Of a DNA stretch of 64,000 nucleotides, positions 59,401-64,000 are shown piece after piece. How positions within the stretch are numbered: position 1 is the first letter of the stretch; each line of letters starts with the position of its first letter. The translations under genes were made by a program, and so were the position numbers. The notes under the pieces were generated by a model. It did no database searches. It was not told the origin of the DNA and saw only the letters and a list, made by a program, of their open reading frames with translations. The stretch comes from Mytilus edulis (taxonomy: Eukaryota), in NCBI RefSeq assembly GCF_963676685.1, contig NC_092357.1:28458001-28522000 (forward strand). Reading direction: 5' to 3'.

Positions 59401-59799
59401 AAATCATGAGATTATCAAAGTTATCTAAATTACAAATGTTGTATCCACTTAGTTAAAAACTTAGTTAAAATTTCGCTAAACTAAATGAAAATTGACAAAA
59501 ATTGGAAAAAAATAAAAAAAATCCTTGTTTTACATTATGAATAAACAATTAAACTGTGTATAAATGCAAATTCGTATGTCAAAAGACACATGTAACTTTT
59601 TTCGCAACTTCATAGTTTTAACCATTAAAGTCATTTTACCAGTTCGTTAGAATAATTGTCTTTATTTGAATCATACCGCAATTATCTATCATCAACTTAC
59701 CCTATCTTGAATGTTGAGATCAATACCACCCTTAATTAGCATCGTGGTGAATTCTCTAAGCTCTTTAAATTTGATGCTTGGATGTACAGCTCCATCTTT
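2206..59799 (-). CDS. Partial multi-exon ankyrin-repeat protein gene: join of 59701-59799, 55500-55574, 51852-51950, 50275-50349, 36730-36828, 35826-35900, 34610-34708, 32495-32593, 20764-20862, 7729-7827, 2206-2304 (1017 nt, 339 aa); 5' and 3' ends not seen
   Basis: Eleven mutually homologous minus-strand segments, each bounded by an AG acceptor and a GTAA donor, all multiples of 3, open in phase 0. They translate to ankyrin-like units (GxTALHxAA...LL..GG.DLN..D). Joining them into one transcript is inference. Confidence 0.85.
2944..3083 (+). ncRNA. Retrozyme fragment with type I hammerhead ribozyme motif (2995-3040), mutated in stems III and I
   Basis: GCGTCA-CTGATGA-GTC-TTTTGTA-GAC-GAAA-GACGCGTC-TTGCGT: intact CUGAUGA and GAAA core plus stem II. 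The other copies read GCGCGTC-TGGCG after the GAAA position. Confidence 0.85.
3085..4953 (-). mobile_element. Diverged inverted copy of the composite element at 9488-10949
   Basis: 3085-3997 is reverse-complementary to about 10127-10890, and 4790-4953 to about 9505-9672, with blocks in the same order. Confidence 0.8.
5644..6428. mobile_element. MITE with G/C-run subterminal repeats and TTA TSD (PIF/Harbinger-type), with an internal insertion
   Basis: TTA|GGGGACAACCATTTGATATTCT-G(n) ... C(n)-AGAATATCAAATGGTCGTCCCC|TTA. Confidence 0.8.
7729..7827 (-). CDS. Ankyrin exon 10 (99 nt): NDLTALHTATRSEHTQMVRMLIQRGCYLNDQDK
   Basis: Canonical ankyrin motif; acceptor ...ctcattttag, donor gtaaac. Confidence 0.92.
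8396..8452. repeat. (TA)n microsatellite; others at about 1868-1894, 8607-8629 and 51680-51703
   Basis: Directly visible. Confidence 0.98.
8628..9345 (-). mobile_element. tRNA-derived (SINE-like) repeat, about 1.5 tandem units of about 455 bp plus a short inverted terminal piece
   Basis: Reverse complement has A-box TGGTCRTGTGG-TCTAG and B-box GGTTCGAATCC. Units start at about 8628 and 9084; inverted piece at 9293-9345; flanked by (TA)n. Confidence 0.75.
9488..10949. mobile_element. PIF/Harbinger-type non-autonomous element with TAA TSD, carrying nested MITEs (about 9840-10118 and 10465-10737)
   Basis: TAA|GGCCGTGTTCACA ... TGTGAACACAGCC|TAA. Confidence 0.8.
11070..12293 (-). mobile_element. 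Harbinger-derived non-autonomous DNA transposon with an N-terminal transposase remnant
   Basis: TIR CCCCAGTCGCATTAGACCACGATCGCACTACG / CGTAGTGCGATTGTGGCCTAGTGGGACTGGGG. Minus strand about 11453-11560 reads PWLAAERRLLFCHYDQLMTEL*IEDEPSFFNFSRMP, resembling Harbinger transposase N-termini (family call from recall). Confidence 0.7.
12367..16029. mobile_element. TIR-bounded DNA element of about 3.7 kb containing a BEL/Pao fragment and degenerate internal repeats
   Basis: Perfect 23-bp inverted termini ACCAAGCATTACATGTAGACGGG (12373) / CCCGTCTACATGTAATGCTTGGT (ends 16023), with weaker inverted similarity extending about 200 bp inward. Confidence 0.8.
12780..14270 (+). mobile_element. Degenerate, internally deleted BEL/Pao LTR retrotransposon pol (RT and integrase fragments)
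   Basis: WYLPLFGVYQSKKPDQIRGVFD at about 12964-13029; integrase core TRAYHIELIEEISSS...RRFADLRG...SNRGTHFIGA in ORF 13521..13766; many stops and frameshifts. Confidence 0.85.
16720..20185 (+). mobile_element. Degenerate Academ-like DNA transposon with long (several hundred bp) TIRs
   Basis: About 16755-17250 is inverted relative to about 19690-20160. Interior encodes PRNWQNFLKDDDNNKELSSF, RTVDTDVV...LWFAFGIGKNFRYLSIH (XPG-like region) and a C-terminal Cys-rich finger at about 19340-19435. Starts with TAG. Superfamily call from recall. Confidence 0.65.
20345..20607 (+). repeat. Abundant interspersed repeat (aagatgtggt...gccaatgagacaact...); related copies at 44925-45750, 47750-48200, 55050-55300 and 28980-29180 (-)
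   Basis: Mutually alignable copies within the window; family not assigned. Confidence 0.75.
20764..20862 (-). CDS. Ankyrin exon 9 (99 nt): NGSTALHQAAFKKLTEFANLLIVGGIKLNIKDR
   Basis: Canonical ankyrin motif; acceptor ...tctttgcag, donor gtaagt. Confidence 0.92.
21077..21458 (+). ncRNA. Second-family retrozyme monomer (360-bp period) with a degenerate hammerhead (about 21376-21429)
   Basis: 22-nt terminal direct repeat attggtaacg(g/t)taatgttatta at 21077 and 21437. Hammerhead-like GCATCA-CCAAAGA-GAC...GTC-GAAA-TTGCATC-TGGTG with the CUGA core mutated. Confidence 0.7.
21789..22580. mobile_element. Helentron/HINE-like element (inner copy)
   Basis: aaactagaggctctaaagagcctgtgtcgctcacc ... agctcacttggcccttcgggcccggtgagctaaaaa; inserted in an A-run of the outer copy. 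Confidence 0.8.
23230..23666 (+). mobile_element. Non-autonomous Helitron
   Basis: A|TC 5' end; imperfect subterminal hairpin cccgcgatatcacgag then CTAG|T 3' end; no TSD. Confidence 0.7.
26348..26510 (+). mobile_element. Penelope-like element fragment (RT to GIY-YIG linker)
   Basis: FITQYHANTGNLQTVMRNDWHFIQDNPQFTNLF...TIAFKRNRN in ORF 26263..26496 resembles the PLE linker (TYHP...W..L...IAFRR.KNL). Confidence 0.65.
26960..28040. repeat. Satellite-like array of about 195-bp units (about 5 copies) followed by an inverted unit
   Basis: Motif tattgatcttactgaatcc..ggtc..tgtagtttggtgtattgctgtcaaa at about 26983, 27178, 27368, 27574 and 27766; reverse-complement copy at about 27858-28040. Confidence 0.85.
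28085..28362. repeat. Degenerate array of about 10-bp units (ggtcgagact)
   Basis: Repeated gtcgagac / gtcaagac / ttaagac units. Confidence 0.75.
28487..29882. mobile_element. MITE-like element with GGCCACA(C/A)CAATTT termini and nested insertions
   Basis: taa|GGCCACAACAATTTGATTCCTT ... AAGAAATTAAATTGGTGTGGCC|caa. Confidence 0.6.
30926..31418. repeat. Recent tandem duplication of about 245 bp (30926-31170 and 31171-31418)
   Basis: Near-identical adjacent copies with a few substitutions and one 3-nt indel. Confidence 0.95.
31398..31757 (-). ncRNA. Near full-length retrozyme monomer with the hammerhead 3' half deleted
   Basis: Reverse complement matches the 2944-3083 and 44120-44257 family (gagcgtcactgatgagtctttt), but the GAC-GAAA...GTC segment is missing. 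Short terminal redundancy (gactaa..tagt.ta) at both ends. Confidence 0.8.
32495..32593 (-). CDS. Ankyrin exon 8 (99 nt): NGNTAIHYAALKELKEFAMLLIKGGIDLNIQDR
   Basis: Near-canonical 33-aa ankyrin repeat; acceptor ...ctatacag, donor gtaagt. Confidence 0.92.
34610..34708 (-). CDS. Ankyrin-like exon 7 (99 nt): KEKFSLHEVAPKEFTEFAKLLVDGGINLNIQDR
   Basis: Acceptor ...tctgtacag, donor gtaagt; open in phase 0. Confidence 0.85.
35826..35900 (-). CDS. Short ankyrin-like exon 6 (75 nt): KGSTALVHAASEFFYLLTDFNIEEQ
   Basis: Acceptor ...atgtacag, donor gtaagt; same 25-codon length as exons 2 and 4. Confidence 0.8.
36730..36828 (-). CDS. Ankyrin-like exon 5 (99 nt): KDRSVPSKTLLNELKEFTKLLIKGGIDLNIQDT
   Basis: Acceptor ...ttttatcag, donor gtaagt; lies inside ORF 36715..36951. 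Confidence 0.85.
37386..38070. mobile_element. Probable non-autonomous DNA element with a nested short MITE (about 37425-37560)
   Basis: Imperfect inverted ends (agtaa...attttggcctcaaa / ttggagccgaaaaat...ttact); inner piece ggtcataaaac ... gttttatacc. Confidence 0.45.
39039..39950 (+). mobile_element. Degenerate L1/Tx1-clade LINE ORF2, APE endonuclease domain (possible ORF1 remnants upstream from about 38100)
   Basis: MGSVKILSVNCQGLGD...IYCIQDTHF, RGVAVMFNN, YGPN, ICGDFNLVL and SDHS motifs in order, with stops and frameshifts. Confidence 0.85.
40001..40975 (+). mobile_element. 5'-truncated Penelope-like retroelement: RT C-terminal half plus 3' tail
   Basis: FGGRVFEQTIGIP, TNCAP, FRYIDDVL (40162-40185), YPI...KDTT, KLYDKR, ISQLIRYS; tail gggtgccacatg...cttacccttccggagcacctgagatcaccc. 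Confidence 0.85.
40985..41824 (+). mobile_element. Continuation of the L1/Tx1-like ORF2 (post-RT region); may resume after 43127
   Basis: RLLGVNI, FLWN and GGLKMIN...KVTWIK motifs, degenerate. Confidence 0.7.
41825..43127. mobile_element. Helentron/HINE-like element with two internal tandem units of about 500 bp
   Basis: Same ends as 21789-22580; internal units start at about 42055 and 42558. Confidence 0.85.
43060..44877. repeat. Two abutting inverted-repeat pairs: A 43060-43256 / A' 43781-43969 and B 43968-44086 / B' 44759-44877
   Basis: Near-perfect reverse-complement matches read directly. Confidence 0.92.
44120..44257 (+). ncRNA. Retrozyme fragment with hammerhead motif (44213-44257) carrying a G12A core mutation
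   Basis: GCGTCA-CTGAGGA-GTC-TTTTGTA-GAC-AAAA-TGCGCGTC-TGGCG. Confidence 0.8.
47377..47640 (+). mobile_element. tRNA(Leu)-like SINE-type repeat; other copies at 46248-46380 (+) and 48255-48600 (-)
   Basis: GCCCATG-TGGTCGTGTGG-TCTAGCG...GGGTTCGAATCCC (47460-47545); acceptor stem does not pair as in a real tRNA. Confidence 0.75.
49787..49889 (+). repeat. 24-bp tandem repeat, about 4.3 copies (gaggcactaaaatgttcaaattat)
   Basis: Directly visible; single-copy in the paralogous module at about 55018-55048. Confidence 0.93.
50275..50349 (-). CDS. Short ankyrin-like exon 4 (75 nt): KGCTSLHHAAFEFAKLVFDINEKNK
   Basis: Acceptor ...tctgtacag, donor gtaagt; paralog of 55500-55574. Confidence 0.85.
51852..51950 (-). 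CDS. Ankyrin-like exon 3 (99 nt): KDSTAPYTTALKELREFTKLLIEGGIDLNIQDR
   Basis: Acceptor ...tatacag, donor gtaagt; open in phase 0. Confidence 0.85.
53035..54127. mobile_element. TIR element with TA TSD and (ACACCAT)n-like subterminal repeats
   Basis: TA|CAGTCCTTGGTCGGTGTAAACTT ... AAGTTTACACCACCAAAGGGCTG|TA. Confidence 0.75.
55500..55574 (-). CDS. Short ankyrin-like exon 2 (75 nt): KGCTALHHAAFEFTKLLFEINIKDK
   Basis: Acceptor ...tctgtacag, donor gtaagt; lies inside ORF 55488..55676; GxTALHxAA motif. Confidence 0.85.
56850..57004 (+). ncRNA. Degenerate retrozyme/hammerhead fragment
   Basis: GTGTCC-CTGATGAATGA-GTC-TTATGAA-GAC-GTA-CGCGCGTC-TGGCGT; core has an insertion and GAAA is lost. Confidence 0.7.
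57990..58203 (+). mobile_element. Solo Penelope-like 3' tail (same family as 40765-40975); related pieces at about 7180-7425 (+), 32700-32875 (-) and 62690-62935 (-)
   Basis: Aligns directly to 40765-40975. Confidence 0.85.
59701..59799 (-). CDS. Ankyrin-like exon 1 (99 nt): KDGAVHPSIKFKELREFTTMLIKGGIDLNIQDR
   Basis: Acceptor ...tgcacag, donor gtaagt; open; C-half nearly identical to the other 99-nt exons. Confidence 0.8.
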
Positions 59800-60508
59800 C
59801 TGTGCAGATTAAAGTTTACAATGTTTTAATAGTTGAAAAAAATGAAAGATAACGAAGGGATATCTATGTCAAAATCACATGACTGTGATATACTCACAAG
59901 AGCTCGAAATGTTATGCGTTTATGAGTTAACAGGTGAGATAATTCCAGAATTCATATTTCGTACGCCAGACGCAAACTTCGCACACAAAAGATTCTGCAG
60001 TAATACTCATGTAAAATTAAGATATATTCAAAAAGGCCAAAGAAAGTCGAAAATCAAAGAGATTATGAATTCAGAACAAATACGAAACCATTGACTATGT
60101 CTGAATAAAATAAATTAAAAAAAAACAACAACACACCAATAACAAAAAAATCGAAACGTTTCACTGTAATTACACATGTATCAATAAATAATGATGATTC
60201 TAGATAACCTTAATCAATTTGATAATGATGTACTAGTAACTCAATCATATCAATCTAATCTGATTAAACTATTACAATCTTTAAATTTATACAATTAAAC
60301 AACTGTTGAAATTGAACACAAATACTCTTGTTTAATTCTAAATTTAAAATATAACGTAGGTCAGTTTGCTATTTACAACATATTCAGCAAAGATTATACT
60401 TTAGATAAAAATAGTAATTTGCGAAATAATCTGGTACAATTCCAAAATTTTTAAGCTGATGACAGTTAAGATGTTACATCAGCAATGTAATGGGAAAACA
60501 AATCTCAC

Positions 60509-60692
60509 NNNNNNNNNNNNNNNNNNNNNNNNNNNNNNNNNNNNNNNNNNNNNNNNNNNNNNNNNNNNNNNNNNNNNNNNNNNNNNNNNNNNNNNNNNNN
60601 NNNNNNNNNNNNNNNNNNNNNNNNNNNNNNNNNNNNNNNNNNNNNNNNNNNNNNNNNNNNNNNNNNNNNNNNNNNNNNNNNNNNNNNNNNNN
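60509..60692. other. Assembly gap (184 N)
   Basis: Run of N. Confidence 1.
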
Positions 60693-61160
60693 TCCTTTCC
60701 CTTTCCCGAGGCCATCCTCCCTAGACCAATCAGTGTTATTTCCTTTGATTGAAATGGTCGATTGATTGGGATATGTCCGTGTGTTGTCAGTGGATCTCAA
60801 ATGTCGATTGAGAGGAAGGTCTGGCTTGAATTCATAGTCGCCGTTCATTCATTTGTGAAATGGCGGTTCTGCATCGCCAACATATTGTTTACCAAATTGA
60901 CACTGTTGAAGATGAACATCATTGTTAGTCTTTCAATTAACATTGCAAAATATGGTGTTTCCCGTACCAATGGAGGGACTTTCGGAAGTCTGGGCACCCT
61001 TTTAGTATTCGGTATTAGTTCACAAGTCAGACAGCAGTTGTATTCTTGCAAGAGTACAGAGACAAAGAGCTGCTGTTGATGTTAAATCAGCTCTCACCAA
61101 TAAAGTTATATCTTGCATTGCTGTATATATATCGACAATGCAATTTACCATTGGAACTCC
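60693..61160 (-). mobile_element. Degenerate Penelope-like GIY-YIG endonuclease fragment; a further PLE linker piece (LTYHP) at about 61430-61600
   Basis: CCLTCELI...N*KTNNDVHLQQCQFGKQYVGDAEPPFHK*MNG...PLNRHL matches the PLE pattern C.T.NVVY...C.C.KQYVGET...RMN.H. Confidence 0.7.
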
Positions 61161-64000
61161 TTTTACTGCTGAAACTGTACCACTGTATTTAGAACGTCAA
61201 AATATAGGAAATATCTTCTAAAAAGGCGTGGTTTGAAAAACAACTGGTTGGGCGAAATATATCAAAAGGACAGTCAAATTCATTAAATAAAAAAAAAAAT
61301 GAAAAAGCTGACACTCACTGTCATTTTCGAGTCAAGATATGAGGCCAACTTATTCTATCTTTTGTATACTTTATTTCTAGTTTGATGGAATAGATGCATT
61401 CAACATAATAACCAACTTTTTAATTATCAAGTTGAAAACACTTCTATATAGCGAACCTTTGAAGGAATGTTGATCTACGAAAAGCTTGTGTCGATCCCTT
61501 TCCAATTTCATCGGATTGTTTGTGATAACTTGTAAAATATTGGGATGGTAAGTCAACATGTAGCATGAGAAACATCTGTGTCTATGTCTTTTGTTTAATA
61601 TGTACATGCTATCCGGTTATTGATATGTAGATATAGAAAAATGTCATACCCCGAGCTATTTAGCTTCATATTCTGCCCAGCGGGCTGATATCTTTCAATA
61701 TCTATACAATCCACATTCAGATAACATTTTTATCATCTTTCAAAGCAATGTTTTTGATCAAAATTTCCTTTTTAATCATTTCGCGGGAATTGTTATTACT
61801 GGATGTCTCTGTTATTACTAGGCATCAGACGTCTTTGACATATTGAACCGCTGAAAACCAAAATACGATGGGTAAAATATTTCCAATAACCACACGAAGA
61901 AAAATATGTTGTGTACATGATAATGCATATATTGATGTATAATATTAAAAGATGATACAAGAAAAAGAAAAAAAAAGGCTGAATGATAGATGAAAAGATC
62001 GAAGTATTTCATATCACCAGAAGAAGAAATTTCTTCTCGCTGACTACTGAACAATTTCAAAGCATACGCGGCACTCAAAAACATCCAGAAATCTCGCATC
62101 AAAATGTTGTTTGTATGAAGTCTGAGAGTGCATAAATATTTAGTAGTTGCTATTCGTTAGAAGAGACAGGTATTTGTAAAATTGTCTTTTTTGTAATTAT
62201 ACCTCGACATATCACACCTTGTACCCGCTATTTATACGTGAGAGGAAATGGAAGAAGGTAGGTGTTATTTTTGTAAAGACTTCCCCACCAAATTGCATTG
62301 GGACGGTATTTGGTTCAAATTATTTGGTACCATTTCCTTTCAGTGCTTTGCCTTATATATAATTATAATTGAGGAAACATATTTCCCGGGGGTGTTTTTT
62401 TCCTTGAAAAAATGTAAAGGAACATTAACAGAACCAGATTACCTGAATTATTGAAATGTTTTTCAATATTGCTTCGCAGCATACTGTTGGTCCATGTACG
62501 TTAATATTAATGTATCATTCTTTTGGCAACTTTGAGTTAAATGGATAAGGTATACCACGTTTATGATTCTTAGAGAAATGTATATGCTTTCAGTGCATTG
62601 AACTACGTAGCTCAGGGGTCAGAGCATCTCTTTATGAGAAGGTCTTAGATTCAAATTCCAATTTAGTTACACTGAAATAGGAAGACCATAACAATCAAAA
62701 CAATGGATTAAACAAAGACTCACAAAACCAAAGGACATTATCATCAACAGTAAGTAATAAATATAAGAAACAACACGAACTCCACTAAAAACCGGGATTA
62801 AAACCAGGTGCTCCGGAAGGGTAAAAATTACCTGCACCGTATACGGCACCCGTCGTATTATTTCTTTGTTCAATTCGGTAATGATGAAAGGTTATTATGA
62901 CTGTGGAAGAATATCAGAAATGATTTCTGACACACTAACTACTATGAATGGAATCTTAACATATTGAACATGTATTAGTCATTTTATATTTTGTCTACTT
63001 GAATCACTCTCATGTGAATGATTAATGTACATATAGCCATGGATTTTCCCCTGATATAGCCAATATCATTATGATTGATACCAGTGTTCACATTGTAACT
63101 TGCAACTGATATTGATATCAATATATGTAGAAAGCAAGACCGAATTATCAGTCGTCAAAAGCTTTTTGTTTTTGGTGCTTTTGTTGAAAGCTTGTTACAC
63201 AGTATGTATTTTGATCATTGTTAAAGGAAATATACATGATGGACAGGTACATTTGCTTTCATCTCAAGTTGATAATCTTTTTATTGGTGTTTTTATATTG
63301 CATCTTCTTAGTTTTTTTGTTTGTTTTTTGGCAGACTGGTTTCAGGTTACATGAAAAAAATTGAAGTTTTAAACAGTACTAGTAATAATAGGTTGATATG
63401 CAAGATGACTTTTTTGCTTAATTTGCTCGCTTTATTTTGCAAATACATTAAATCATAATTTCTTAAAACAAAAATGTGTTTTCCCATTTTCAGTATACTT
63501 TTAGTATATTACTAAAACAGTGAGTCTTATTATTTGTAGAGCATCTGGAGAAATTCTTATTATTTTTGCAATGCATTTAGATTTGTTAAATAAAATACAT
63601 GTGTTGGTCAGATATTTATTGCGTTTATTTTTTAAAAGTTGTTAAAGCATACTGAGTAATGAAAATATTGGATAATCCCACAAATACTGGTTAATCTGAA
63701 AATGATTTAAAATGAATTGAATGATTATTATATTTTAGAAATTACTATCACTGTTACTGTCAATTTCGCTTTATTTCTCTTTTTTTTTTTTTGTCATCTG
63801 AGGGTTGTTGATCTGATGACGATGATGTCGCATTGTTAAAGGTAAAATTGAAATTTCCACCATTAAATCATGTAAATGTTGCATTGGTGAAAAGACCACT
63901 TATTGCGGTAGAAAATTACTGTTATTACTAACAGTTGATTGAGACTGTGTTGATTTTATTGTCTCTAATACTGGTGAGGTATGTCCTTTATTATCTGATT

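Larger units (their letters stand above)
55658..59632 (-). mobile_element. Second degenerate Academ-like DNA transposon relic
   Basis: Minus-strand fragments SPTFAFWDMFLRAFEILL, MLNLSETVKSVFMSCEFS and LGPIPSALFHDDGTM; partial inverted ends (actttaatgg...taaactatga / tcatagtttta-ccattaaagt); left end begins TAG. Confidence 0.55.

Noticed and set aside
1490-63354. Most ORFs in the supplied track
   Set aside because: They are short, low-complexity or lie in repeats. Only those overlapping ankyrin exons or transposon relics have recognisable motifs.
63802-63845. Plus-strand mini-exon encoding SDDDDVALLK before gtaaaa
   Set aside because: In-frame TGA immediately upstream and no supporting neighbouring exons.

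Overview
AT-rich, repeat-dense eukaryotic genomic DNA, most likely a marine mussel (Mytilus sp.); this is inferred from recalled repeat families and was not database-verified. There is one assembly gap (60509-60692). Almost all listed ORFs are spurious or transposon debris. The real coding signal is one minus-strand gene spread over about 57.6 kb as 11 short phase-0 GT-AG exons, each encoding one ankyrin-type repeat (8 x 99 nt and 3 x 75 nt; 339 codons, no stops). Its start and stop are not visible in the window. The 5' part of the array is a triplicated pair: a 33-aa exon with a hypervariable N-half followed by a 25-aa exon with two in-frame 4-codon deletions. Six exon modules carry a co-duplicated, sense-oriented hammerhead-ribozyme (retrozyme) relic, usually with a Penelope-like tail remnant, in the upstream intron. 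The introns contain further retrozyme copies, Penelope-like, L1/Tx1-like and BEL/Pao fragments, Academ-like, Harbinger-like and Helitron/Helentron-like elements, MITEs, tRNA-derived repeats, satellites and several long inverted repeats.
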